DNA from: Utricularia gibba
Lineage: Eukaryota; Plantae; Magnoliophyta
Assembly (NCBI GenBank): GCA_002189035.1
Contig: NEEC01000012.1
Coordinates: forward strand, 2,728,001-2,792,000
DNA: 64,000 nt
Reading direction: 5' to 3'
Shown in pieces: positions 48,894 through 61,918 of this stretch. Position 1 is the stretch's first letter, and each line of letters opens with the position of its first letter. The position numbers and the translations under genes were made by a program. Under the pieces are notes generated by a model, which was given only the letters and a program-made list of their open reading frames with translations, ran no database searches and was not told where the DNA came from.

Positions 48894-51800
48894 ATGGAAG
48901 GAAGTGCAAGATATGAATTGGCTTCAGGAAGTCCTGATTCGAGCTTTAGTGCTTTTAATCAAAATGGGCAGCGAGGTTACTCTGGCCCTGCCCTTGGAAG
49001 GTCATCAAGTTTCAGAGAGTGTTCAGAAACAAGGAAACTTGGATCTGCTAAATTAACTTCGAGAGCAACTGCCAACTCATCCCGAGATGTGTCTATACTG
49101 TCGCAGTGCCTGATGTTGGAGCCAATTTCCATTGGTGATTCAAAGCTCATTAGGCCCAATGACTTAAAGAGAGTCTTCGGTTCTTCTACCGGAAACAACT
49201 CTGAGGATAATTCCTATGGTTCCAGGAATTCTCCTCCCATGGTTGTTGAGGAATTGAAACGATTTAGAGCCAATGTTGCTGACACTTGTGTTAAAGCCAG
49301 GTACTTTAATCTTTTCAGTAATTTTACTTTTCCACACATCTTCACCCCATACAAGCTATTAAACGGTGGATTGTTATGCTTCTCGTACTTTGGCTTGAGT
49401 AAGACAAAAATTCTGCATTATTTTTCACCAGTGGTAGGGCAAAAATTTTGGATGAGCGTCTGAGTAAGTTGAACAAGTATTTTGAGACCTTACCAAAAAA
49501 GCAGCAGCTTCGAGGTGACATTTTGGCAAATGAACGATCCAATGGTTCAATTTTGAAAATTGGATCACAGACACACCGAAATCCTCCAGAAGCAAATCCA
49601 AAGTTTGACAATCGCACAAGAAACATTGGCCTCTCTAAGCGTGTGCGCACATCAATGACAGAAAATCGGGTTTGTAACTTATGTTCATTGCATATGTTGC
49701 ATTTATTCTCTTCCTGCATCAATGATTGTATGAGCCATTTGTTGATAGCTGCACTTTCTTTTGCACCTAATTTGACTTGCTAAATTCTGCATTCTGAACG
49801 TATGTTCGGTAAGATTTCCAGTGGGCATTGGTAAGTATTAGGTAAGGTAACGAGGGGGTGGGGATTTTTTTATCTGATATTGTGGATTGCATTGTTCTGC
49901 ATTATTATTCATATTGTCATGCTGTTAGTTCTTTAAAATCCCAATTTCTAAATGGAATCTGTATGGAATTCTATTTTTCCAACTGTAGACTGTGTTCTTT
50001 ATTGCTTTCATTTGATTTTATGGTGTGGTTATCTGTATTTCACTATTCTGCATTCTTTTCATTGCATGTTTTATTTTTCAGGGAGAATGCAGGAATGCAA
50101 GCATGCTTCGGCAACCTTCTATGGTGTCAAAGGATAGGGAGATGGTTAAGGACAACAATGTGGATTCTGATGTGGGTGAGGAAAAATTGAGGAGACTTCC
50201 TGCTGGTGGAGAAGGATGGGACAAAAATATGAAAAGGAAACGCTCAGTTGGTTCTGTCTTTTCAAGATCTGTTGACAATGATAGTGAAATGAAGCGAGCT
50301 GTGCACAGTAAACCTAGCAGCGAATCTAGCCTGCAGTCAAGTGATTCAACCCATATTTTCAGGTAAGTTAATGTATTTTCGTGGCAAGAATGGCATGCTG
50401 AGATGGATCTGTCGCGTGACTTAATTGCAACAAGTTATGAGCTCTAGGCCATTTCATGTGGTTGTTGATCGTCGCTATTTTTTGAGACCTTCAGTTTAAG
50501 AGTTCAGGTTACATTGTTTCTTAGTTCCATGGGAACCCATAGTTACATTATTATTATCTGGTTATGAATATGTTTAAAGTAGATCCGTCTCATATATAAA
50601 GTACTAAGAAACTTTTTGACCCTTGTTCAATTTCTGTTTGTAACATTTGGCAGATCTGTACCTTCTGGTGGGAACAAATTAGAGCCTTTGGCACCACCAG
50701 GTGGCTCTACCACCCGGGTTACCTTCAAAAGTGACCAAGAAAAGCCAATTGTCCCCAGAGACCTTTCCAGCGGTCAAATAAAAGAGAGGGCAATTGGGAA
50801 AGTTAACGTTAAGTATGTCTGCATGCTCTTTGTATGGACTTATGCTATGTTACCTTTTTGAAATGTTTTTTCAGTAATCAATTTCTTGTGCTTGGATATT
50901 TTTAAGAAATGATTTTTTGTTGCTATTACTTTTCCATTTGTTTTAGGTTAAATCGTGAGGAAAGCCATGCAATGTGCCCTACTCCACTTGTCAAGGGGAA
51001 GGCTTCAAGAGGACCAAGAAGTGGGACTGTCATGAATTCATCTTCTAATGTTCCTCGTTTATCTGGAACGTTGGAAAGCTGGGAACAGCCTCAAGCTATG
51101 ATGAAGGCATCACCAGTTAGTAGTGTTAGCAATCGCAAGCGTGGCATGAACGCGGGATCACCTTCACCTCCATTTACTCCCTGGGGTAGTCAGAGGCCGC
51201 AGAAGATGTCAAGAACTCGGAGAACAAACCTGGGTCCTGTTTTAAATCATGATGAACTGCCAATGCAATCTGATGGATGTTTTACTTCAGATTTTGGTCC
51301 TCGAATAAGCATTGGAGTTGGGAGTAATACTTCAATATTCCCTAAAAGCGGTGATGCAAACCAGGTTTTAAAAATAAAATCTGAAAATGTTCCATCTCCA
51401 GCAAGACATTCTGAAAGTGACGAGTCTGGTGCTGGTGAGAACAGAAATTTGGATAAAGGTTTTGGAGGGAGGGATCTGGAAGAAAGGATCCCAAATCCTT
51501 CTCAGTGTATTGCTCCAGCTTCAGTCTCCATCCGACAGAATGCAGCTATGATGAAAGAAGAAGTTGGTGATGGTGTAAAAAGACAAGGGCGCAGTGGTAG
51601 GATCTCACCGTTTTCTAGGTCTAGAATTTCACCAAAACCAGAAAAACTGGATAGTGTAACATCAACCAAGCCTCTACGGAATGTGAAGTCTGGTCCAGAC
51701 AAGGCTGGAAGGTACTACATGATTTTTCCTTTAAAGTGTTTGCTTTGTCTCTCGCTTACCTTTGTTTCTTTTCTAACTGAAACAGTAAGTCTGGTCGTCC

Positions 51801-54800
51801 TCTGAAGAAGTTATCTGACAGAAAAGGCTTTGCTCATCTTAGTCATGTAGCAAATGGGGGGTCACCTGATTATACTGGTAAAGATCAAAGCTTCTCTCAT
51901 TACATAGTTTGTGCCAGACATATCCCTAGTAACACTGAAATTTCATTCCTGGAGGGGTTCTGGAATTTAAATTTATGCTTTGAATTTAGGGTTCTTTTAA
52001 TCTTTGATTGTATCCATAGATTTGTTGCATTATTTTTTTGTCTATCTTGTTTAAATTTTTAAAAAAATTAGCGGTCTTCGTTTTTTACATCTCCATTTAA
52101 ATTCTGTTAGAAGTAACATTCCATTGCAGTGTAAGTGAACAGGATTTCAAAAGGGATCATCTAACATTATTAGAAGGATATGAACATGGTTAGTTATTGA
52201 TTATTTAAGCTACACATTGATTTGATATTGTGTTCAGGTGAATTTGATGATGATCGTGAGGAGCTCTTGGTAGCCACCAACCTTGCATGCAGTTCTAGCA
52301 GTAGGCATCACAATTTCAATTCTATAGTACATATATTAGTTTTCATTCTCAACCTTGCTCCTTTTTAAATGTAACTTTGCCTTTATCTTGTCCAGTAACT
52401 GCTTGTTCAAGCAAGTTTTGGAAGTCGGTTGATCCCTTATTTTGTCCTCTGCGTCCAGATGATAAATCCTTCTTATCTGAACAGGTAGATTACGATGTTG
52501 GTTCCTCTATCACCTCTTGCGTACATGATATGTAAAATTTATTTCTTGCTATTGTATCTGATAGAAGTCTCCTTTCCTATCAGATGAAGCTGCCTGAGCA
52601 ATCAGATGCCTGCTCATTTCAGAAACATGACAATACTGATTCTGTTGATATGAATTTGGTTTGTAATTGCTTTTATGATCTATCTTGGTTACATACCACT
52701 GTTCCATTACTCTTGTGCTTTGGATTCTTACCACCCAATATGTGCAGCAATAAAAGAGCAGTGTTCTCCTTGCAGGTTGATTGTGGACTTGAAGAACTTA
52801 CAGCATCCAACTCCACTCGTCGAAATAGATACATGGTTAATGAAAGTGAAGTGAAGAATTCATCACGCCAAATGGATTCATCAAATGGTTGCTCACCTGT
52901 TGAGAAAAGATATGATGTAGTTGCTCCACTATATCAAAGAGTATTATCAGCCCTTATTTTGGAAGATGAAATAGAGGAATGTGAAGAAACTGGGTTTGGA
53001 AGACCAAGGAGCTTGACTGATGATCCAAACCTCTTTTCTTCAGGGGATGGCAGTTGTGTAGATGGACCAGAGTTTTTGGAGGATAACAGTGGAATTCAAA
53101 GTTGGATGAACGGTCATGCACGGAAAGTCTTTCCTGTGGCCCCAGCAAATATTTGTAATGGTGAACTGAAGGAAGGCGATGGCAAGTTCGTTCGAACAGG
53201 GGTTGAAATGCTGGCTAGACTTTATCAGTGTGATTATATTCCACAAAATCTTGTCGAAAGAAATGGTGGCTTTGGTTTTCAGTATGATCATATGCGTATT
53301 GAAGAAAAGCTTATTCATGAACTGCATAGCATTGGCTTATCGGTGGAGAATGTGGTAAGTTCTTCATGTTCATTTCTTGTTTAGCACAGAATGCTTATGC
53401 GAGAATGTTGTGTTTCTGTGACATTGCAGCCGCCATTGGATGATAACGAAGAGGATGAAATCAGTCAGGAGATTTCTCAGCTTGGACGGCTGCTTCATGG
53501 CCAGGTTATCTTGCAGCAGAGCATTTGCGTTTTTACTTTTTTTCTTTTTGTTGTTTTTAACTAGAAGTTGTTGATGATATGCCTCTTAATAATTGCTTGC
53601 TGCATTGCTTTTGCTCATTGCACATGTTTTGCTTTAATGGTACCTCTATTTTTAGTTATAATTTGAACCATCTCTTCTTTTTTCACCATCGAAATGATTA
53701 GATTGGAAAGAAGAAAGCATACTTGGGCAAAATAAGCAGCGCTGTTCAACAAGGAAAGGATCTAGAAAGGTGATTTACTGATTCTCTGGTGTGAGTGTTA
53801 ATGCCATTGTCATCTATAGTGGAATTTTATCTGATGGAAGTGTTCTTGTTCCTTAGGGACCCTGAGCAAATCGCAATGGACAAACTTGTGGAGCTGACAT
53901 ACAAGAAACTCTTGGTTAGTAGTCTAGCAGTTTCTTTTAAAATCTTGTGTACATATTGTTTCACTAAATTATAGTTCATGTGGCAACTTGGTTTCAGTGT
54001 TTTTTTAGCCCTTTAAAACACTAGAAATTATGTAGTCGTATACTTGTGGTTCATATTGTTACAAAAGTTTGCTCAAGTCTCCTTTTAACATTTGCAGTCA
54101 ACAAAAGGAAGTTTGGCCGCAAAGTATGGGGTTGCAAAGGTGAAAAAGCCATTGGCCTTGTCTTTTGCAAGGCGGACACTCACCAGATGCATTAAATATG
54201 AAGAGTCTGGAACATCTTGTTTTTCCGAGCCACCCCTGCGGGAAATTGTCTATGCGTTACCACCTCATTTTACTGACTCGGAGTTACTGTCTGGTGTTGA
54301 TTCTACATCTGTTAATGGTAAGTTCTTTCTCATGTCATTGCGTGAGACCACTCAATCTTCTTCCCTGTCAAGGTTAGATTTGTTGAGTTCATATTTTTAA
54401 TACAAGTGTGGTTTCCTGTGCAGATTGTGGTTCAATGGATGTCCTTCAGAAAAACGGGTCAACAATGTTGAGCAGAGGGAAAAAGAGAGAAGTATTGCTC
54501 GATGATGTTGGAGGCGGCGGTGTTTCCAGGGTAACAACTGCTCTAGGCATTGTTGGTGCCAAGGGAAAGCGAAGCGAAAGAGATGCTTCGAACAAAAACG
54601 GCATCATCAACCCCGGCCACACTCCTGTGGGTGGCTCCAAGGGCGAGCGAAGAGCGAAGGCCAAGCCAAAACAGAGAACGGCTCAGCTCTCCGCATCAGG
54701 AGGTGCATTCCTCCCCAAATTCGCAGATGCAACTACCAACTCTCTGTATTCCTCAGGCAGTGGCTCTGGTGAATCAGGAAACAACGGTGGTAGCAAGAGA

Positions 54801-55052
54801 AAGGATATCAGATTCATGTCTGCCAGCAATCCTCCATCAGTGTCATCACAAGAGGTGAAGGAGACAGTGAAATTCTCGGATCTCCCCATTCCCGAGTTAG
54901 ATGGAATGGCTGAGTTAGGTGTAGACACCGAAATCGACGCAACACAAGACCTGACCTCTTGGTTCAACTTCGATGTGGATATGCCGCACGACCATGATGC
55001 GGTTGGCCTGGAGGTACCCATGGATGACCTCTCAGAACTGAACATGTTTTGA
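48894..55052 (+). CDS. Plant-specific SAGA complex subunit, SCS1/SCS2 family (At5g22450-like)
   Basis: LGRSSSFRE, LSQCLMLEPI, EEKLRRLPAGGEGWDKNMKRKRSV, PLYQRVLSALI, EQIAMDKLVELTYKKL, KREVLLDDVGG and the terminal GLEVPMDDLSELNMF* match this family as recalled. The exons I traced splice in frame. Confidence 0.8.
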
Positions 55053-55736
55053 TCATCAGTCATACAGATGTGTACAGCTCTCTGGTTAGGGAAACGATAC
55101 TGTTTTTGCCGGTTACACCCACCCATGATCCTTTTTAGCTTTACCCCCCCAAGTGGAAGGTCGTAAGATGTAAGTATCTCTGCCCCCTATTCCTATTCAT
55201 CTGGATCAGTCACTGTATTGTATGTAGTTCGTATTGTTGACCCCCTCCCAACAGTGCTTGTGCCATATATGCCATCACCAGAGAAGAAGCAGGCTCTTTT
55301 GTCCCCCTTTGCTGATTAATGAATGAATAAATGCGGTGCATTTTAAGTTGTTCTAATTCTAGTAGAATAGGGAGGGACAGAAAGAGAGATGATCACTTGA
55401 CAAGCTCTGCAATTTGAGATGTGTTGAGAGCTTGCGCGGATGTGTTACATGGAAATGTGTACCAATCTTTCGTTTCATGGTCTGCAGCTTTCATGCTGAT
55501 GTGTTATTTGGCTGCGCATTTGAATTGTGGTGGTTTCAAGATCAGTGTATAGGAGGCCACAACTGGGATCAACCATTCAGCCACAACGCCAACTTCCATG
55601 GCATTTACAAACACGCAATCCTATTTGGAGGGGTGAGGGTTGTTAGGCTGGTAGACTTGCTAGCAAACTCTCTTAGTAGTAAGCAAGCGATCTGAATGAG
55701 GGAAGATGATGAGTTGGGATGAGCAGATTCGGTTAT

Positions 55737-56881
55737 TCAGTCCACCATCATATGAAGCATGAGTGAAACTCTGACACTGTCGCAGTGTCTCTTAACCAAG
55801 TCGAAGTACTGCATCGCATCATGGGGAGGCAGCCCCTCCATGAAGAACCGGAACAAGTTGGAGTGGGTCTCCTGCATCGCCTCCAAGGCCTGCCTCAGCA
55901 CCTTCTCCTGCTGAGGCTTGTTCAGTTCCGTAGCTTCCATTAGAGGGAGAAGCTCCTTTTCCTCCTTGACAAAGTGAGCTCTGCATTTCTCCTGGTGGCA
56001 AAAAATGGGAGCTTGTTAGAATTTCATGTGGAGGGCAGGGATTTGGTGTTTAAAACCACACACCCTCAACAGTTTGAGACGAGACAGCAGATGTGCAAGA
56101 GCCTCTTGGTGTTCAGAGCTCCCCGGGTTCATCACACCTATTGTTTTGATCTGTTCTTTGATCCCATTCATGATTGGAAGGTGGCTTCCGTGTTCCTCAT
56201 TTGCAGATTTGCAGAGACCTGCAGCATCCAAATACACAAGGAATTTGAAGCATTCCCTCATCAGATCACCGATTTGATCACAAGGGAGTGTTCAGAATCA
56301 ATGCATACCTCGGTCAGCGGATTCGAGGATCTGAAAGAGAACAGTTTCCTCCATCTGGGCATGTTCCAGCATCACCTGAAGCAGGTGAGTGTAGCTCTTC
56401 CCGAACTTCTTCATCTCCATGCGAGGGGTGCCCATTGAGGCATCCCCTTTCGCTTTTCCACCACGCGCCTCCAAGTCCTCGGCCCATTTCACCATTCGCT
56501 CCAAATGCCAGCTTATGCTGCGGTGCTGCAAAACCGCCACCCAAACCACTGTCGGCGTCGCCTCGCCGCACCACCCCAAATACTGCTCGCGGTGGCGTTG
56601 GCCACGGCCAACGGCGGATCGGGGAACTTGGAGTCCAAATACCGGAGAATATCCTCAACGGTGCCGGAAACGACGTCGGATTTGTAGATAATTGTAGGGT
56701 TTTGGTGAATGTCTGAAGGAACAAAATGGAGGGTCACCGGCTTGTAGAGGATGGCTAATCGGATGTGGGTGGTCGCGAAACTGTTCTGTGGCCCGTAAAG
56801 CTTGACGACGGGAAGGGGTTTTACCGTTTCCGGTGCAATCTCCGCCGGAGACTTCGTCGCAGACGCGTAACAATTCCCCAT
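55737..56881 (-). CDS. Hemerythrin (HHE) domain protein with a GST-N-like front (At3g54290-like); one frameshift as assembled
   Basis: Exons 56881-56309, 56218-56064, 55991-55737. His/Glu motifs QHRSISWH, EHAQMEE, EEHGSH, HFVKEE. Frame changes at the C4 run 56574-56577. Confidence 0.85.
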
Positions 56882-57135
56882 TACCGCTATAAGCTGCCGC
56901 AGCCGACAGTATCAAATGACCAAGAAGTGTTATTGGGGAATTTGGAGGATTTTCAGGCAACAGAAAAAAGTTCCCAGATCTGGATCAGAAGCACAGCTCA
57001 TTAGCTAACACCTCCCGATCTTCATGGGAGGAAAAAGTGGGAGATTAGTTGGCTACAAGGCCTGAGTGGTTATAGAAGTAGAAGATAATAGGAGTTGAGA
57101 GAATGCGCCGTGTATCTAAGATGTATGTATAGACG

Positions 57136-57307
57136 CACGTGGAGAGGATGCTTCATTGTCAAGGGAAAGACAGAAAAAACAGCCAAAAAGCTTTGAATAA
57201 TTCTGTGCTTTTGATCTTACTTGTCGCCGGCGGCAGGTGCACACCGCCGGGAGCCACGGCGGATGATGCTAAACTTGAACACGTGCCAGATAGACGAAAG
57301 TCACGTG
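57136..57307. promoter_or_regulatory. Three CACGTG G-boxes in the divergent promoter between the hemerythrin gene and the PPR gene
   Basis: CACGTG at 57136-57141, 57280-57285 and 57302-57307. Confidence 0.55.
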
Positions 57308-57620
57308 ATGCCTACTACAAAGAATTGAGTAGTACTTTTCTAAATCATTAAAACCCTATTCAATTATCATGCATCAGGCTTTTGCTAGCTGCTGCTGTTG
57401 TTTCAACCATGTAGGAATTGTTCTTGATTATGGGTGCAATGATTTCGAGAACAGTACGATGGTGATTGATTAGGTTCCGTTTCGGAGAATCAATAATTCA
57501 GCAGTGTTGATGAATCCCATTATTTTGGATTGTCAGAATGAGGAGCGATGGGGGTGCATTGATGCAGTCTCAGCGTCTCCGCCATGAATTGTGGTGGAGA
57601 CAACATTGTACTCTGCTGCC

Positions 57621-59383
57621 ATGACATTGGCTGCAGGTGAAACGGGTAAGCTTTATGTTCTGAAGAAATGCATTGCGCTTTTGAACTCCTGTGCTTCGTC
57701 TGTCCCAAAACTGAAACAAGTTCACGCCTTTTCGATCCGGCATGGCGTACCCCTTTGCAGCCCTGATTTGGGTAAACACTTAATCTTCGCTCTGGTTTCA
57801 CTTTCTGGGCCAATGCAATATGCCCACAAAGTGTTCGACAAAATTACTCATCCTAATATTTTCACTTGGGATACCATGATCAGAGGCTATGCTGAGAGCG
57901 AAGACCCAGCGCCTGCATTGTCTGTATACCAACAGCTGCGTGTGAGTTCTGTACAACCTGATACGCACACGTATCCTTTTCTCCTCAAGGCTATTTCTAA
58001 GTTGATGGTCTTGAAGGAGGGTGAGAAAGTACATTGTGCTGCATTGAAAGATGGGCTTGAGTCCTTGGTTTTTGTTCAGAATGCTTTGGTCCATCTTTAT
58101 GGTGCTTGTGGTCAAGCCGAGAGTGCTCAACTGCTGTTTAACAGGATGAGCATGAAGAATCTTATAGCATGGAATTCAGTGATTAATGGGTACGCCGTAA
58201 ACAATCGCCCTAATGAGACGTTGAACTTGTACAGACAGATGAGCTTGGAGGGAGTGAAACCAGATGGATTCACCTTGGTCAGCTTGCTCACTGCAAGCAC
58301 CGAACTCGGTGCTCTGGCGTTGGGCAGAAGAATCCATGTATACATGACAAAGGTTGGATTAAACACAAACTTACATGCTGCTAATTCTCTGTTGATACTG
58401 TATGCAAAATGTGGCAGTATCAAGGATGCAAAGAAACTCTTTTATGGACTCGAAAAGAGGAGTGTTGTATCATGGACTTCACTGATAGTCTCTCTATCTC
58501 TAAATGGTTTTGGTGAGGAAGCTCTCGAACTGTTTCGAGAGATGGAGAACCGGAGATTAGTTCCGACGGAGATCACCTTCGTCGGGGTGCTCTATGCTTG
58601 TAGCCACTGTGGAATGGTGGATCAAGGATTTGCCTATTTCCAGAGGATGGAGGAGTTTGGCATTGTGCCCAAAATTGAACATTACGGCTGCATGGTGGAT
58701 CTACTGAGCAGGGCCGGTTTAGTAAAACAGGCATATGACTACATCCTCGAAATGCCGATTGAACCGAATGCTGTGATATGGAGAAGCCTGCTTGCTGCCT
58801 GCTCAACACATGGGAATTTAGCTATAGGGGAGATAGCTAGAGAGCATCTCTCAAGTTTGGATCCACAACACTCAGGAGACTATGTGCTTCTTTCCAATCT
58901 CTATGCGTCGGAACGGCGTTTCTCCGATGCTCATGAACACCGGAAAACCATGGTGAAGGATGGTGTGAGGAAAGTCCCGGGCTTCAGCCATGTAGAGCTA
59001 GGAAACCGTGTGCATGAGTTCGTGATGGGAGACAAATCACACCCTCAAACAGAGGCTATATATGCAATGCTCTCGGAGATGACCAGACGGCTGAAGTCAG
59101 AAGGGTATGCTCCTCGCACTTCCAACGTTCTTGCAGACATTGAGGAAGAAGAGAAGGAGTCTGCTTTGGTTTATCACAGCGAGAAGATCGCCATCGCGTT
59201 CGCGCTGATGAGCACGCCCCGAGAACCCCGATCCGGGTCATGAAGAACCTGCGGGTATGTGCAGATTGCCACATTGCCATCAAACTGCTGTCCAAGATCT
59301 TTGAACGTGAGATCGTTGTCAGAGACCTTAGCAGGTTCCATCATTTTAGAGAGGGAGAGTGCTCTTGTAAAGACTACTGGTAG
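57621..59383 (+). CDS. PLS-class pentatricopeptide repeat protein, E-DYW subgroup (At4g21065-like); one frameshift as assembled
   Basis: Intronless PLS repeats, PG box (VPGFSHVE), HSEKIAIAF. After a frame change at the C4 run 59217-59220 it continues [31 protein letters not shown] (TAG 59381-59383). Confidence 0.92.
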
Positions 59384-59429
59384 TTCAATTTTACGAATTT
59401 GGGGAATTGAGCTTCATAAATGGCAGTAG

Positions 59430-59520
59430 GGCTCACATGGGCCATGTGCGGCCCGACTCCAAAATGCAATGGGCTGGTTCCGAAACTGCAATTCTGTTGA
59501 CTCCGAACCCTAGCCCTTCC
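59430..59520 (+). promoter_or_regulatory. Site II + telo-box-like promoter of SerRS
   Basis: TGGGCC at 59438, TGGGCT at 59470, AACCCTAG at 59506-59513, followed by a pyrimidine-rich leader and an apparent 5'UTR intron (GGTAAG at ~59599). Confidence 0.55.
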
Positions 59521-59729
59521 TTCTGCTTGCCTGAGCACCGGCTTTCGGAGGTTTTGATCCTTGTTGGCATTGTCGACGTCCTCACTCACCGAGATTCGGG
59601 TAAGTGGAGTATTTTACGGTTCTTGTGAATGTGTTTTTTTTTTTTTTCATGATGTTGGTCTTGTTTCGTGTGTGTGTGATTTGATGCCTGGTGGAATGTA
59701 GAAGAAGGAACTAAAGGAGACCGGTAGAT

Positions 59730-61918
59730 ATGTTGGATATCAATCTGTTTCGGGAGGAGAAGGGCGGAAACCCTGCGAAGATCAGAGAGTCTCAGTTACG
59801 GCGCTTCGCTAAAAACCCAAATCTTGTGGATGAGGTCATTGAGCTTGACAAAGCATGGAGGCAGCGTAGTGACTGAAACACTGTTTTAGTAATGCTTTCG
59901 TGTATTCATTGTTTGTAAATTTGTTTCCCTACTTGTTACAGGTCAGTTTGAGTTGGATACCTTGAGAACTGATAGAAATAAATTGAGCAAGGAGTTTGGA
60001 CGCCTCAAAATTGTGAGGATTTACCGTATGTTGCTCTATTTAATTGAATTCATAGACATCTTATCAGGGAATGGAGGTGGGACTATAAACTCTCTTCTTT
60101 TGAATGTTCAATACACATGACATTCCTGAAGGGATTGAGAGAAGTCAACTATAAGTACACCTCGCATAGTGGATAGATGATTTTATATTTCTATACGTGT
60201 AGTCTGGAGGAGATACAACTGCTTTGGATGCTAGTATTAAGGAAAACTCTGAAAATGCTGCAAAGAAAGAGTTGGAAGTTCAGGAGGCCCTAAAAGCAGT
60301 GCAGTCTAGAGTGGCCTTGATTGGGAACTTGGTGCATGATTCAGTGCCTGTGAGCAATAATGAGGTTTGTTTCAGACTCTTATGTTAAATTTTGTTGTAC
60401 CTTTCTGACGTTCCATGTCTTTAAATTAGGATGACAATGCCGTTATTCGGGTATGGGAGAGAAAAGAACAGAACCAAAGTTGAAGAATCATGTAGATCTT
60501 GTCGAGCTTCTTGGCATCGCAGATATAAAAAAAGGTTGTCCCTTAATCAACTTTCACCTCCTTTTTTCATGACGATTCTAGTTGTCTAGTATACACAGGA
60601 CGCACCAACTATGCTTGTTTTCTTTATTTAATTTTCTGTTAACTTGTAGGTGCAAATGTAGCTGGAGGTGAGGTTTTTATCTCAAGGGAGATGGTGTGCG
60701 ACTTAATCAGGCCCTAATTAACTTTGGCCTTGACTTTTTGGAGAAGAGAGGTTTTACTGCATTGCAGACTCCTTTCTTCATGAAGAAAGATATAATGTCC
60801 AAATGTGCCCAGCTGTCTCAATTTGACGAAGAACTTTACAAGGTTTGTTCGACTTCTTACTTGTATTTTAAAATTAAGAATGCTGAAGATGTTCTTCATT
60901 GCTGTTTAATAGGTGACCGGCGAGGGTGAAGACAAATATCTGATTGCAACTGCCGAGCAGCCACTTTGTGGTTATCATCTAGAAGATTGGATTCATCCCT
61001 CACAGCTTCCCCTCAGGTATTTTGTACTTCTAGTCAATCCTTGCAATGTACGAGTATGTCAAAACACCTTAAAAATTCCATCTATATACATTACGGGAAT
61101 GAACTGTTTCAGATACGCTGGATACTCTACATGCTTCCGAAAAGAAGCTGGCTCGCATGGTCGGGATACTTTGGGTATATTTCGAGTTCACCAGTTTGAA
61201 AAGGTGGAGCAGTTCTGTATAACTAGTCCTCATGGAAATGATTCTTGGGAAATGCACGAGGAGATGCTAAAAAATTCTGAAGATTTCTACAAGCTGGTAT
61301 ACTTTAGTGCCGTAGTTCATTTTAAATTAGTAATCACAATGCCCTCCTGAAATCTCGGAAGTGTCTTCCTCTTTATGCTAATTGAGATTTCTGAACTCAT
61401 TTTCGTCTGCTGCATACGTTTGTCAAGTTTCCAATCAAAGTTAGTGATTTGTGTATTCCGTGAGCAGCTGAAGATTCCTTATCATGTTGTGGCCATTGTC
61501 TCCGGGGCACTGAATGATGCTGCTGCGAAGAAATATGATTTGGAGGGTGGTTTCCAGCATCAAGCACATACAGAGAACTTGTTTCCTGCTCAAACTGTAC
61601 CGACTATCAGTCAAGAAGGATGGAAATTCGGTACGGGCAAAAAAAGGTAAGCTCAGATTCCTATTGCCTTAACTAAGGCTTTTGGCCTTTCTCACTCTAG
61701 TGTTCTCTTAAATGATGCTAAAATCCTGGGTTCAGGGCAACGATAAAATGAAGGAATATGTCCACATGCTGAACTCCACCCTCACAGCAACCGAAAGAAC
61801 TATCTGCTGCATTCTGGAGAACTATCAAACCGAGAATGGAGTTGAAATCCCAGAGGTTCTCAGAGACTTTATGGGCGGTAAATCCTTTATTCCGTTCAAG
61901 AACAATGTGGGAAAATAA
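59730..61918 (+). CDS. SerRS: Cytosolic seryl-tRNA synthetase; three frameshifts as assembled
   Basis: [15 protein letters not shown].., [85 protein letters not shown]. Single-base deficits near 60455, 60670 and 61545. Confidence 0.93.

Noticed and set aside
57225-57250. GC hairpin CCGGCGG..CCGCCGG
   Set aside because: A 7-bp stem in a GC-rich promoter patch is expected by chance; no ncRNA features.
56574-61547. Programmed frameshifting or transcriptional slippage as the explanation for the frame breaks
   Set aside because: The runs are only 3-4 nt with no slippery heptamer or stimulatory structure, and there are three in one essential gene; sequence error is far more parsimonious.
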